A program made the position numbers and the translations under genes. From NCBI GenBank assembly GCA_040771865.1, contig JAXGZF010000004.1:1-64000 (forward strand): a DNA stretch of 64,000 nucleotides, in the 5' to 3' direction. The stretch comes from Desulfobacterales bacterium. GTDB lineage: Bacteria; Desulfobacterota; Desulfobacteria; Desulfobacterales; UBA2245. Shown here in pieces: positions 43,992 through 55,038 of this stretch; the stretch's first letter is position 1, and each line of letters starts with the position of its first letter. The notes beneath the pieces are model-generated. The model was not told the origin of the DNA and did not search any database. It worked only from the letters and a program-made list of their open reading frames with translations.

Positions 43992-45085
43992 ATTTTCACC
44001 TCCTGGCGATCCGCCCCCACCAGGACGGTGTCCAGGTGCATGGGCTGGAAGTCCCTGCTTTGATCCCGATCCGGAATGACGGCGTCCAGACCGCAGATTT
44101 CCGAGGAAAAGGCGAAGAGTCCGTCTTTTCCGCCGACCACTCCCGGGCGAAGTTTTTTGCGGTCCTGAACCATGAACAGGCTGTAATCGGGCAGGGATCC
44201 GATCACGCAGTTGGGTCCGTCAATGATCAGTTTCCGGCAGCTGTTTTTTAACAGCCTCAAAAAGTCGCCATCCGAATGGCGTTCCAGGTCCGCGTCCTGA
44301 AGCGGCGTGATAACGTGTTTGTAAGCCTCGATGCCCAGCCCCATTCTTTCGGCACTGTAGTGCAGAATGTGGGTGAAGACCTCGGAATCCGACTGATATC
44401 CGCTGTATCCGGCAAATCCCCGGCTCTCAAGAAATTCCCGAATCGGATGAAAGGCCGTGTTTTCTCCGTTGGTCATCGTGGAATAGCCCTGAACGAAAAA
44501 GGGATGACACGCGTACAGATTGATCGCATAGTTGGTATTCTGCCGTCCCTGGGCCATGATGATGCGGGCCCTGAGCTCTTCCCGGTCCAGCCCCAGAAGA
44601 CAGGCGACCGTCATTGGATCCCCGATCTCCTTGATCATCACCACATCCGGCCAGAAGGAATATACGATCATATCGTCTTTTTCCTGTCCCATGGCCCGAA
44701 GCTCAAGCCGTATTTCCGTCAGCCGGTTGCAAATATCCCTGATATCCAAAGCCTTCCAGGTCGAGGGGTAGTCATACGCGCGGATCAGATAGCAGTCGCG
44801 CCTGGGCGTTCCCGAAGGTGGAAGCCGGTCCGGCCGAATGGCAAGGTCGTAAAGGATTGAAAATCCGGCGTTCACCATGAAGGCATCCATTTGCCGAAGC
44901 CCCTGATCGCTGAAAATGCCCGATAAAATGGGCGCGTTTTTTATTTTCTCAAAGGGGCCGCCAAGATCCCGCATGAAAAGTCCGACCCCGGATCCGTCGT
45001 GCCCCTCGCGCATGACGTTCAGGGCGTTGACGGCCACCATGGGGGAAACCGGGGTTCGGCTGGTGATGGCAAACAAGCGACACAT
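43949..45085 (-). CDS. Class II glutamine amidotransferase subunit of split glutamate synthase
   Basis: N-terminal M-C nucleophile (MCRLF); GRQNTN, HPF, NGEN, SDSEV and DRKKLRP motifs; AAGGAG RBS. Confidence 0.9.
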   Translation of the reverse strand: MCRLFAITSRTPVSPMVAVNALNVMREGHDGSGVGLFMRDLGGPFEKIKNAPILSGIFSDQGLRQMDAFMVNAGFSILYDLAIRPDRLPPSGTPRRDCYLIRAYDYPSTWKALDIRDICNRLTEIRLELRAMGQEKDDMIVYSFWPDVVMIKEIGDPMTVACLLGLDREELRARIIMAQGRQNTNYAINLYACHPFFVQGYSTMTNGENTAFHPIREFLESRGFAGYSGYQSDSEVFTHILHYSAERMGLGIEAYKHVITPLQDADLERHSDGDFLRLLKNSCRKLIIDGPNCVIGSLPDYSLFMVQDRKKLRPGVVGGKDGLFAFSSEICGLDAVIPDRDQSRDFQPMHLDTVLVGADRQEVKICRQTDPLLHRLSA

Positions 45086-45223
45086 AAGGCTTTTCTCCTT
45101 GCTGTTTTCGACCGGTTCCAAGGGCGCACATCAGATCCATCGGCGTTTCAAAGTCCATGCCGCGGAATTCATAAGATCATCGTCAAGGGAGCCGGAGGAT
45201 TGTCGAGGCGCCTTAATCACTAC

Positions 45224-45239
45224 TGCAACCGATGTGCCA
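45224..45239 (-). promoter_or_regulatory. Sigma54 promoter of the GOGAT-carAB-purF unit
   Basis: Minus strand reads TGGCACATCGGTTGCA. Confidence 0.8.
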
Positions 45240-45542
45240 GCGTCGAAATAAAATTGTCTCAAAACTGTTTTGAAAGGATTATCAGATAGTTATTAAATAT
45301 CAAATTTTCCGGATTCGCGCAAAGTATTTTGATTTTCAGGTACCAGGTTTACAAAATTGAATTCCATATTGCAAAAATGTGATGATGCGCCGTCAAAGGA
45401 ATCCGTTCCGGCAATACTGTGAAGGATTTTCCAAAACCGGATTGATTTTTCGAACCGGATTTGATTATGTGACACCAGAATGGTCGAAGAGACCCGGCCG
45501 AAGTCAGAGCACTGATTGATAAACCTTTGCCGAATGCACTCC

Positions 45543-48437
45543 ATGAGAATGCCATTGCTTGCCGCTCCTCTGATCGCCGATGCCGAAAAGAAGTGGAATG
45601 ATTTTCGAAAAGCCGCCCTTCAGGCGGACATTTCACCGGACTATGGCGCTGGGTTTGTTGAAACGCTGAAAAGGGTATTTGCCTTCAGCGACTTTATCGC
45701 CAAAAACAGCATCCTGCGTCCTGAGTTGCTCGACGACCTGATCCGGTCCGGCGATCTTCAAACCGCCCGCGCTCCCGGCGTCTGCGCCGATCGTCTACGA
45801 GCGGCCCTTGACGGGGTTTTAAATGAAGAATGCCTGGCCGCAGCTCTGAGACGGTTCCGGCAAAGAGAGATGATTCGAATCGCCTGGCGGGATCTGGCCG
45901 GCTGGGCGGATTTGAACGAGACAACCGCCAATTTGTCGGAGCTGGCGGATCAGTGCCTGGATCAGACCCTTTCCATTATTTACGAAAATCTTTGCCGGAC
46001 CTACGGTCAGCCCGTCGATGCCTGGGGCAATCCCCAGCAGCTGGTGGTTATCGGAATGGGAAAACTGGGGGCCTGTGAGCTGAACTTTTCTTCGGACATC
46101 GATCTGATATTCGCCTATCCTGAAGCCGGTCAGACTCGAAATGGCCCCGCGAGCATTGAAAATGAAGAATTTTTTACCCGTCTCTGCCGGCGGCTGATCA
46201 ATCTGATCAGTGCCAGGATTTCCGACGGCTTCGTCTTCCGTGTGGACATGGCTCTGAGGCCTTACGGAGAAAACGGCGCCCTGGTAATGAGCTTTGACAA
46301 CATGGAAGAATATTACCAGACCCAGGGACGTGAATGGGAACGCTACGCCCTGATCAAGGCACGGGTGGCCGCGGGAGACCGGATTGCCGGCGCACGGCTT
46401 CTCGAACGCCTCAAACCCTTTGTCTACCGGCGATATCTGGACTACGGGGCTTTTGAATCGCTTCGAGAGATGAAAGAAAAAATTTCTCTGGAAGTCCGGA
46501 AAAAAGGCATGAAGGACAATGTCAAGCTTGGCCCCGGGGGCATTCGGGAAATCGAGTTTTTTGGACAGATTTTCCAGCTGATCCGCGGCGGGGTTCGCCC
46601 CAGGCTTCAACTGCAGCGCATTGAACGGGTTCTTGGACATCTGGTCGAGGAAGGGCATGTGAGTGCGCATGTGTGCCGGCAGCTGCTGGAAGCTTACGTT
46701 TTCTTGCGAAACACCGAGCACAGGCTTCAGGAATTTTCCGACAGCCAGACCCACGCCCTTCCGGGCGATGCGTTGGGGAAAATCCGGCTGGCCGCCTCCA
46801 TGGGGTTTGACGACTGGTCCGGTTTCGAAAAATGCCTTCAATCGCACATGCAGACGGTTCACGGTCATTTCAACCGCCTGCTGGGCAACGAAAGCACAAA
46901 GAGTGTTGAAGAGCAAACCCTAGAAAAACTCAATGCCGCATGGCAGGGCGCAGCGGATTCGGAGTACAACCGCAATACGCTGGAAAAAGCCGGATTTGAA
47001 GACCCGAGAACCGTTCTGGGCTGGCTGGAAGATTTCCGGAATTCCGCTGAGTTCAGATCCCAGAGCAGTGAGGCGCGCAAAAGGCTCAACAGGATCATGC
47101 CTGTGATTCTGAAACAAGTCGGCGCGGCCCCGAACCCCATGGCCAACCTGAACCGCATTCTGAACCTGCTCAAGGCGATTCAGCGGCGAAGCTGTTATAT
47201 CGCTCTGCTTCTGGAAAGCCCCACGGCCCTGGATCACCTGGTCAAACTGGCCGGCGCAAGCTCCTGGATCATGTCCTTTCTCACCCGTCATCCGGCCCTT
47301 CTCGATGAGCTGATAGACCCGCGGACCCTGTATGCGCCGCCGTTGAAAGACGCCCTGGAACAGGAGCTTCAACGCCGCCTGGAAGGCATCGATCCGAATG
47401 ACCTGGAGCTTCAGATGGACGCGCTGCGCCTGTTCAAGCAGGTGAATATGCTGCGGGTGGCTGCGGCGGACATCACGGGCGTTCTGCCGCTGATGAAGGT
47501 CAGCGACCACCTGACCTATATTGCCGAAACGGTTCTCAACTATGTGATTCAACTGTCCTGGAATCATCTGACCGAAAAGCACGGCAATCCGACATGCCGA
47601 CTCAACGGGCGGCCGCTTGAAAGGGGTTTTGCCGTCATCGGATATGGAAAACTCGGAGGCATTGAGCTCGGGTACGTATCGGATCTGGACCTGGTTTTTC
47701 TGCACGCCTGCGTTGACGGTCATACAACCGGCGCAAAACATCCCATTCACAACACCCAGTTTTTTGCGCGTCTGGGCCAGCGGGTGATTCATCTGCTGAC
47801 GGCCCATACCTCGACGGGCATCCTGTATGAAACCGACATGCGGCTCCGGCCCAGCGGAGTTTCGGGACTGCTGGTCAGCCATATTGAAGCCTTTGAGGAT
47901 TATCAGAAGGAAAAGGCATGGACTTGGGAACACCAAGCCCTGATCAAGGCAAGACCCATTGCCGGAGACAGCTGTCTGGCCCGCCGGTTTGAGGATATCC
48001 GCCGGCAGGTGCTGGCCCGGCCCAGGGACGAAGACAATTTGCGTGAAGAGATTGTGTCCATGCGTTCCAAGATGCGAGGCGAACTGCTGAAGCATCGGCC
48101 TGGATGGTTTGATCTCAAGCAGAGCCCCGGCGGCATCGTCGACATCGAATTCATCGTGCAATATCTGATTCTGCTCCATGCCCACCCCCATCCTGAGCTG
48201 ATGCGGTGGACCGACATTGTCCGATTGCTTCAGACGCTCATGGAAACCGGAATTCTCGATCACCATACGGCCCATACGCTTCGGCAGACTTATCTGATCT
48301 ACCGTGCGGCCGGACACCGCCTCAGCCTGCAGCAGAGCAGCCATGAGATTCCGGAAGAAAGGTTCGCCGGCCTGAAGGAAAGGGTGGTCCGGATCTGGAA
48401 AAGCATTCTGGAAAACAGGGCGCAGACAAATTTGTAA
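45543..48437 (+). CDS. glnE: Glutamine synthetase adenylyltransferase/adenylyl-removing enzyme
   Basis: Two nucleotidyltransferase halves (GMGKLGACELNFSSDIDL and GYGKLGGIELGYVSDLDL), DMRLRPSG and WTWEHQAL. Start uncertain. Confidence 0.96.
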   Translation: MRMPLLAAPLIADAEKKWNDFRKAALQADISPDYGAGFVETLKRVFAFSDFIAKNSILRPELLDDLIRSGDLQTARAPGVCADRLRAALDGVLNEECLAAALRRFRQREMIRIAWRDLAGWADLNETTANLSELADQCLDQTLSIIYENLCRTYGQPVDAWGNPQQLVVIGMGKLGACELNFSSDIDLIFAYPEAGQTRNGPASIENEEFFTRLCRRLINLISARISDGFVFRVDMALRPYGENGALVMSFDNMEEYYQTQGREWERYALIKARVAAGDRIAGARLLERLKPFVYRRYLDYGAFESLREMKEKISLEVRKKGMKDNVKLGPGGIREIEFFGQIFQLIRGGVRPRLQLQRIERVLGHLVEEGHVSAHVCRQLLEAYVFLRNTEHRLQEFSDSQTHALPGDALGKIRLAASMGFDDWSGFEKCLQSHMQTVHGHFNRLLGNESTKSVEEQTLEKLNAAWQGAADSEYNRNTLEKAGFEDPRTVLGWLEDFRNSAEFRSQSSEARKRLNRIMPVILKQVGAAPNPMANLNRILNLLKAIQRRSCYIALLLESPTALDHLVKLAGASSWIMSFLTRHPALLDELIDPRTLYAPPLKDALEQELQRRLEGIDPNDLELQMDALRLFKQVNMLRVAAADITGVLPLMKVSDHLTYIAETVLNYVIQLSWNHLTEKHGNPTCRLNGRPLERGFAVIGYGKLGGIELGYVSDLDLVFLHACVDGHTTGAKHPIHNTQFFARLGQRVIHLLTAHTSTGILYETDMRLRPSGVSGLLVSHIEAFEDYQKEKAWTWEHQALIKARPIAGDSCLARRFEDIRRQVLARPRDEDNLREEIVSMRSKMRGELLKHRPGWFDLKQSPGGIVDIEFIVQYLILLHAHPHPELMRWTDIVRLLQTLMETGILDHHTAHTLRQTYLIYRAAGHRLSLQQSSHEIPEERFAGLKERVVRIWKSILENRAQTNL

Positions 48438-48503
48438 CACGTTGATGCGGCTTTTTTAACGGCAGGACCGGCATGCTCCCTGCGGAGCTGAATATGCAGC
48501 CTG

Positions 48504-48519
48504 TGGCATGCGGTTTGCT
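48504..48519 (+). promoter_or_regulatory. Sigma54 promoter of glnD-glnB-glnA
   Basis: TGGCATGCGGTTTGCT; a weaker GG-N10-GC lies at 48469-48484. Confidence 0.75.
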
Positions 48520-48569
48520 AAGCAAATGGAACAGAAATGAAATCTAAAAACCCAGGTCGCGATCATACC

Positions 48570-51227
48570 ATGCTCAATTTCGAACCCGCAGCCCTTTCAA
48601 ATCCCGTGGAACATCTTAGGCGCAAGCGGAGCCTTCTCATCGAGCAGTTTCTTGAAAAAAAACTGCCGAATTTCATGACCGCGCACAGCAATATTCTGGA
48701 TGCTTATTTTTCCGAAAGCCTTGAGCGTTATGAGCCGTTGCAGGGCCTGACCCGCAAAAATCCCCTGGTCCTGATCGCCCAGGGAGGATACGGCAGGCAG
48801 GAACAGTGCATTCATTCGGACGTGGACATTCTGCTGCTCTTCAAGAAAAAGGTTCCGCCCGAGGCCGAGGCCTTTATTCAGAGCCTGCTGTATCCGCTGT
48901 GGGATATGGGCCTGGAGGTCGGTCACGCCGTACGGTCTTTAAAGGAATGCATTTCCATCGGGAAAGTCGATTTTCAGGTCCTTACATCGCTGCTTGATGC
49001 CCGTTTCATCGGCGGAGATTCATCGCTTTTCGACGAAATGATGCAGGAGATTCGAAAACGGATTCTGAACCGGCAGGCCGACCGCCTGATCGCCTGGCAG
49101 GTGGAGAACAACCGGAACCGCCATGCCCAGTTCGGCGATTCGAGCTATCGGCTGGAGCCCAACCTGAAGGAGGGCCGAGGCGGGTTAAGAGACTATCATG
49201 TCATGCTCTGGATCGCCAAGATCATTTCAAACCCCGCGGAAGGGAGAAAGGGTCTTGAAGATGCAGGGTATCTGTCCCGCGATGAATTCCACATGCTTTC
49301 CAATGCCCTGAACTTCATATTCGTCGTGAGAAACCGCCTGCACCATCTTGCGGGCAGAAAATGCGATCAGCTGTATTTCAAGCACCAGATCCGGCTCGCC
49401 AACGAACTGAATTTTGACGAGAAAAAGGGGCAGAAGCCGGTTGAAAGATTCCTGGGCAAACTCCACGGGCAGATGGAATTCATCAAGCAGCTCAACAGAA
49501 CCTTCCTCTATGAAATCGGGTACGCCCGCGGTCTTTCAAAAAAACATTCTGAACCCGAGCCGGACTGCGCTCAGGGAATTGTGCTTCGCAAGGGACGTCT
49601 GGATTTTTCCTTGGAAAAGGAAGCGGGTCTTTCTCCGGGTCTGCTGATGAAGATATTCGAAGAGAGCGCCAGGCTGCAGGTTCCGCTCAGCTCACATGCC
49701 CGCCGGACCCTTCGCAAGGTTCTGAATCTGACGGATGAATCCTTTATTGCCAGTCGTTCCGCGATGGCGGCCTTTGAAGGGATTCTTTCGGCCCAGACCC
49801 CGGGTTTCAGCGTGCTCAATGAAATGCTGACAACCGGGTTTCTGCAGAAATTCATTCCTGAATTCGACGGCATCGTCCACCGCATTCAATACGATACCTA
49901 TCATCTTTATCCGGTCGACAAGCATTCCCTGAGAACGGTTCAAACCCTGAAAAACTTTCGGTGGCTGCCGGAAACCGATCCGTTTTACCATAAAATCATA
50001 AAGGATCTTTCCGAACCAACCCTGCTTTACTGGGCCGCACTGCTTCACGATATCGGAAAAGGCGAGGCTGAAGGCAACCACAGCACGGTCGGTGAGCAGC
50101 TGGTTCGAAATTTTTTCAGCCGGCGCGGGTATTCACCGGAGGAAGTCGGGACCGTTGCATTTCTGGTGGCTGAGCATCTGCTGCTCGCAAAAACGGCGAC
50201 CCGCCGGGACACCAATGATGAAGAAACCGCCATCGTCTGCGCCCGCCGCATCAAAACCGCGGATCGGCTGAAAATGCTTTACCTTCTGACCGTCGCCGAT
50301 TCCATGTCAACCGGCCCCAAGGCCTGGAACGAGTGGACCGAGACGCTGCTGAGAGATCTTTTTCTAAAAACCCTCGGCATTATGGAAAAAGGCGAGTTTG
50401 CCAGCAGCGAAGCCATTGCTCGCGTGGAGCAAAAAAAAGCCCGGGTCGTTTCCGCCTGGCCGGCTTCGGAAAAGGAGGCGCCGGGCAAACTCATCGAAAT
50501 CATGTCTCCCCGGTATCTGTTGTACAGCTCGGCCGAGGAGATCTGCGACCACATCCGCCTGTTTCAAACGCTCGGCAACGAGGAGGTCGTCTGGAAAATC
50601 GCCCCGATCAACGGTTCCGGCACCCGGACCGTAACGGTTTGCGCCAAGGACCGTCCGGGTCTTTTTTCAAAGATTGCCGGAATATTCACGCTCCACAACT
50701 TCGACATTCTGGAAGCTCAGGTGTACACTTGGCGGAACAACATCGCCCTGGACATCTTCAAGGTCAAAGCGCCCCTGGATCCGCTGTTCGAGCACGAGAA
50801 ATGGAACCAGGCCGAAAAATCCCTGAAAGCCGCCCTGTCCGGACAGCTGGATCTTTCCTCCGCGCTTCAACGCAAGCTCAGGGAAGCCAGGCACATAAAA
50901 CCTCCCGCCGGCATTCGCCCCGACCTGGTTGTGGTGGATAACGGGAGTTCAAATTTTTTTACCATCGTCGAGGTTTTTACCCATGATTTTACAGGGCTTT
51001 TGTATGGCGTGACCCACGCCCTGTTTCAATGCGGCCTGGATGTGTGGGTTGCCAAGATCTCGACCATGGTGGACCAGGTAGTCGACGTGTTTTACGTCCG
51101 GGATTTTGACGGCCAGAAAATTGAAGACCCGGCACAGGTCCAGAAAATCAAAAGCGCTATCCTTGAGGCGCTGACTGTTGAAAAGCCCGAGGCGTTTCAT
51201 GCCTCGGAAAAAGATCAGCCCTTTTAG
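48570..51227 (+). CDS. glnD: PII uridylyltransferase/uridylyl-removing enzyme
   Basis: GGYGR...SDVDIL, EPNLKEGRGGLRD, HD domain LLHDIGKG and two ACT domains. Alternative start at 48537. Confidence 0.96.
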   Translation: MLNFEPAALSNPVEHLRRKRSLLIEQFLEKKLPNFMTAHSNILDAYFSESLERYEPLQGLTRKNPLVLIAQGGYGRQEQCIHSDVDILLLFKKKVPPEAEAFIQSLLYPLWDMGLEVGHAVRSLKECISIGKVDFQVLTSLLDARFIGGDSSLFDEMMQEIRKRILNRQADRLIAWQVENNRNRHAQFGDSSYRLEPNLKEGRGGLRDYHVMLWIAKIISNPAEGRKGLEDAGYLSRDEFHMLSNALNFIFVVRNRLHHLAGRKCDQLYFKHQIRLANELNFDEKKGQKPVERFLGKLHGQMEFIKQLNRTFLYEIGYARGLSKKHSEPEPDCAQGIVLRKGRLDFSLEKEAGLSPGLLMKIFEESARLQVPLSSHARRTLRKVLNLTDESFIASRSAMAAFEGILSAQTPGFSVLNEMLTTGFLQKFIPEFDGIVHRIQYDTYHLYPVDKHSLRTVQTLKNFRWLPETDPFYHKIIKDLSEPTLLYWAALLHDIGKGEAEGNHSTVGEQLVRNFFSRRGYSPEEVGTVAFLVAEHLLLAKTATRRDTNDEETAIVCARRIKTADRLKMLYLLTVADSMSTGPKAWNEWTETLLRDLFLKTLGIMEKGEFASSEAIARVEQKKARVVSAWPASEKEAPGKLIEIMSPRYLLYSSAEEICDHIRLFQTLGNEEVVWKIAPINGSGTRTVTVCAKDRPGLFSKIAGIFTLHNFDILEAQVYTWRNNIALDIFKVKAPLDPLFEHEKWNQAEKSLKAALSGQLDLSSALQRKLREARHIKPPAGIRPDLVVVDNGSSNFFTIVEVFTHDFTGLLYGVTHALFQCGLDVWVAKISTMVDQVVDVFYVRDFDGQKIEDPAQVQKIKSAILEALTVEKPEAFHASEKDQPF

Positions 51228-51284
51228 AAAAATGAGTAGAAGATTTGCATGGGTCTGTTATAATTCGACTGGGTCCGTTTCTGA

Positions 51285-51650
<366 letters not shown>

Positions 51651-51698
51651 TCTGGCCGGCTCTGATAATTATGCAAAATTGCGAGGAGGAAGTAATTT

Positions 51699-53111
51699 AT
51701 GACGCCTGAGAAGGTATTGGAGATGGCCCGGGCCAAAGGGGCCAGGGTGGTGGACATTCGGTTTCTGGATTTTCCGGGGGTATGGCAGCATTTTACCGTG
51801 CCGCTTTGCGAGCTGGAGGTGTCGGCGTTTGAGGATGGTTTTGGATTTGACGGATCGAGCATTCGCGGGTGGCAGCCGATTCACGCCAGCGACATGCTGG
51901 TGATTCCGGACCCGTCCACGGCCAGGATCGACCCGTTTTTCGAGGTGCCGACCCTGGTGCTGATCGGCGACGTGGTGGACCCCACCACCCGGGAACCTTA
52001 CAGCCGTGACCCGCGGTACATCGGCCGCAAGGCCGAGGCCTACCTGAAAAGCACCGGAATCGGGGATACGGCCTATTTCGGACCTGAGGCGGAATTCTTC
52101 ATCTTCGACGACATTCGGTTCAAATCCGGGGTCAACGAGAGCTTCTACGCCATCGATTCGATTTCAGGCATCTGGAACTCGGGACGGGAAGAAGGTCCGA
52201 ACCTGGGGTACAAGCCCCGCCACAAGGAAGGTTATTTCCCGGTTCCTCCCACGGACAAGTTTCAGGATCTTCGCACCGAGATGCTGCTGACGCTGGAAGG
52301 TCTGGGCATCGACGTGGAATGCCAGCACCACGAGGTGGCGACGGCCGGCCAGGCGGAAATCGACATGCGGTTCAAGCCCCTGGTTCAGATGGGCGATCAG
52401 CTGATGTGGTTTAAATACGTTCTCAAGAACGTGGCCTACCGCCACAACCGGACGGTGACCTTCATGCCCAAGCCGCTTTACGGAGACAACGGCACGGGCA
52501 TGCACGTGCATGTCAGCATCTGGAAAGAGGGCAAGCCGATGTTTGCCGGCGACAAGTATGCGGGGGTATCCCAGGAGGCGCTTTACGCCATCGGGGGCAT
52601 TCTGAAGCACTGTCCGGCCCTGTGCGCGTTCACCAATCCGACGACCAACTCTTACAAGCGTCTGGTGCCGGGCTACGAGGCGCCGGTGAACCTGGCCTAT
52701 TCGAGCCGGAACCGCAGCGCTTCGATCCGGATTCCGATGTATTCATCCTCGCCCAAGGCCAAGCGCCTCGAGTTCCGTACGCCGGATCCGTCCTGCAACG
52801 GGTATCTGGCGTTTTCGGCCATACTCATGGCGGTGATCGACGGAATCGAGAACCGGATCGATCCGGGCGAGCCTCTGGACAAGAACATCTACAACCTGCC
52901 GCCCGAGGAGCTGAGCAAAATTCCGACGGCGCCGGGCTCCCTGGAGGAGGCCCTGAAAGCGCTCGCGGCGGATCATGAATTTCTGCTCAAGGGAGATGTG
53001 TTCACCCGGGACGTCATCGACAAGTGGATCGAATACAAAACGGCAAACGAGGTCGATCCGGTCAAACTCAGACCCCATCCCCACGAATTCTTCCTCTACT
53101 TCGATATCTAA
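51699..53111 (+). CDS. glnA: Type I glutamine synthetase
   Basis: [36 protein letters not shown] and NRSASIRIP; adenylylation-site Tyr in KNIYNLP. Confidence 0.98.
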   Translation: MTPEKVLEMARAKGARVVDIRFLDFPGVWQHFTVPLCELEVSAFEDGFGFDGSSIRGWQPIHASDMLVIPDPSTARIDPFFEVPTLVLIGDVVDPTTREPYSRDPRYIGRKAEAYLKSTGIGDTAYFGPEAEFFIFDDIRFKSGVNESFYAIDSISGIWNSGREEGPNLGYKPRHKEGYFPVPPTDKFQDLRTEMLLTLEGLGIDVECQHHEVATAGQAEIDMRFKPLVQMGDQLMWFKYVLKNVAYRHNRTVTFMPKPLYGDNGTGMHVHVSIWKEGKPMFAGDKYAGVSQEALYAIGGILKHCPALCAFTNPTTNSYKRLVPGYEAPVNLAYSSRNRSASIRIPMYSSSPKAKRLEFRTPDPSCNGYLAFSAILMAVIDGIENRIDPGEPLDKNIYNLPPEELSKIPTAPGSLEEALKALAADHEFLLKGDVFTRDVIDKWIEYKTANEVDPVKLRPHPHEFFLYFDI

Positions 53112-53132
53112 CGGTTTCGCCAGGCAAGCGAG

Positions 53133-53169
53133 GGCCGCTTCGGAAATTGAATCCGAGGCGGCCTTTTTT
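53133..53169 (+). terminator. Intrinsic terminator of glnA
   Basis: GGCCGCTTCGGA-N7-TCCGAGGCGGCC followed by T6. Confidence 0.85.
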
Positions 53170-54691
53170 ATCGGTAGTTACGGTAGTCGATTCTGTATGC
53201 GTTTGCCTTGTAAGAGAATTTCCGCACCGTGGTTTTCAGCATCTTGGCCGCCAGGGAAATATTGCCCCGTGTGTTTTTCAAGGAATCGATGATCATTTCT
53301 CTTTCCACCTTGGCGACGGCCTCATCCAGGGACCGGGACGGCAGGGTGCCGGTTTCCTCGCCGGTCTGAAGCGTGGGCGGAAGGTGATAGCTGTGAATGA
53401 CGTTTTCCTCGCACAGCAAAACCGCGCGTTCAATGCAGTTCTCAAGCTCCCGGACGTTTCCCGGCCAGTGGTAGGACATCAGCATGTCGATCACCGGCGT
53501 TGAAAACCGTCGAATATCTTTCTGATTTTCCCGGGCGTATTTTTCCAGGAAGTGATCGGCCAGCAGCAGCACGTCGGTTTTTCGTTCCCGCAGCGGCGGC
53601 AGGTAAATCGGAAACACATTGATCCGGTAGTACAGGTCTCCGCGGAAGGTTTCCTCCTCCAGGGCCTGCTCCAGGTTCTTGTTAGTCGCTGCAATGACGC
53701 GCACATCGGTCTTGATGGTCTTGTGGCCGCCGACCCTGTCGAACTCCTTTTCCTGAAGCACGCGCAGCAGCTTGACCTGAACATCGGGTCCGATGGAGCC
53801 GATCTCGTCCAGAAAGATGGTCCCCTTGTTGGCCAGCTCGAATTTTCCCAGCCTCTGTCGAACGGCGCCGGAAAACGCGCCCTTTTCATGGCCGAACAGT
53901 TCGCTCTCGATGAGATTTTCGGGGATTGCGGCGCAGTTGACCTTTACGAACGGAAATTTGGACCGGTAGCTGTTGTAATGAATGGAATTGGCCACCAGTT
54001 CCTTTCCCGTTCCGCTCTCGCCGCGGATCAGAACCGTCGCGTTACTTTTGCACACATGGGAGATCATCTGAAAGACTTCGCGCATCTTGTTGCTGTTGCC
54101 GATGATATGGGTAATCTGGTATTTGTTTTCCAGCTCTTTTTTCAGATGCCGGTTTTCTTCCCGCAGCTTTTCCTGTTCGAGGCGGATGGTCTCGAGGTTG
54201 ATAGCATGGCGCGCCACCATGGTGGCGATGACGGAAAGCAGTTTTTCGCCGTCTTTCAGGGAATACGAGGGATCATAATGCCGGTCCGCGCTCAGGGCGC
54301 CGATCACTCGATCTCCCTTTTGAATCGGGACACAGATATAGGAAAGTTCCCGTGTCTGAACATCCTTGCGGGCGGCGGTGCGGTTGAGAAACGAGGGGTC
54401 CTCGCTGATCTTGGGAATGGTCACCGCCTTGCCGGTTTCAATGACCCGGCCGGTAATTCCTTCGCCCAGTTTGTAGGTGACGCTTTCCATGGTGCTCTTG
54501 GACAGTCCGTGGGCCACGGCAATGTGAATCTCGTCTCTCAGAGGATGCAGGATCGTGATCGTGCCCCGCACCATGTCCAAGGAACTGGACAAAATTTCCA
54601 GCACCTTGTACAGGGCCTTTTTCAGATCCAGATGCTCGTTCAGGGCCTGACTGATTTCGTAAAGCAGGGTGATGTCTTCAAGGGATTTCAT
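53168..54691 (-). CDS. GAF-AAA+-HTH sigma54 activator (NifA-like)
   Basis: GAF domain ([22 protein letters not shown]); [23 protein letters not shown] and [13 protein letters not shown]; no receiver domain. Confidence 0.92.
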   Translation of the reverse strand: MKSLEDITLLYEISQALNEHLDLKKALYKVLEILSSSLDMVRGTITILHPLRDEIHIAVAHGLSKSTMESVTYKLGEGITGRVIETGKAVTIPKISEDPSFLNRTAARKDVQTRELSYICVPIQKGDRVIGALSADRHYDPSYSLKDGEKLLSVIATMVARHAINLETIRLEQEKLREENRHLKKELENKYQITHIIGNSNKMREVFQMISHVCKSNATVLIRGESGTGKELVANSIHYNSYRSKFPFVKVNCAAIPENLIESELFGHEKGAFSGAVRQRLGKFELANKGTIFLDEIGSIGPDVQVKLLRVLQEKEFDRVGGHKTIKTDVRVIAATNKNLEQALEEETFRGDLYYRINVFPIYLPPLRERKTDVLLLADHFLEKYARENQKDIRRFSTPVIDMLMSYHWPGNVRELENCIERAVLLCEENVIHSYHLPPTLQTGEETGTLPSRSLDEAVAKVEREMIIDSLKNTRGNISLAAKMLKTTVRKFSYKANAYRIDYRNYR

Positions 54692-54726
54692 GTGATCTGA
54701 TTTCTATTCCCGGTTTGTAGTATTTT

Positions 54727-54764
54727 CATTTTTGTTACACTAATGCATTATTGTAACAAAAATG
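54727..54764. promoter_or_regulatory. 38-bp near-perfect palindrome upstream of the NifA-like gene
   Basis: CATTTTTGTTACA-C-TAATGCATTA-T-TGTAACAAAAATG (one mismatched pair). Confidence 0.7.
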
Positions 54765-55005
54765 CCAACAATTTTATTGAACCCTTTTTGTGCTTCTCAA
54801 AATTTTCATGTCCACAGAGCGTGTTTCCATAATTCCGGCAAGGTGTTTTAACACGCTGATTTTGCTTGAAACACAGCGCTGAATAGCGTACATCGGAACG
54901 AAAGGGCAAGAAGCTCGAGGCAATACGGAAAAAATACCGGTCCGGCAAGATGAAAATGGCCCTGCTGCCGGAAACCTTTCTGATTGTTTTAGGGTCTGAC
55001 AATCC

Positions 55006-55034
55006 TTGACGTTTTGCGTCCGGTTACATAAAAT
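55006..55034 (+). promoter_or_regulatory. Sigma70 promoter at the IS4 insertion point
   Basis: TTGACG-N17-TAAAAT; the -10 box overlaps the duplicated target site. Confidence 0.65.
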
Positions 55035-55038
55035 TTAT

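Noticed and set aside
53168..54691. Nitrogen fixation locus implied by the NifA-like gene
   Set aside because: No nif structural or cofactor genes in the window; the context is GS/GOGAT, so the symbol nifA was not assigned.
54752..54767. Sigma54 promoter for the NifA-like gene (minus strand TGGCATTTTTGTTACA)
   Set aside because: The -12 GC is absent (AC instead); better explained as an arm of the palindrome.
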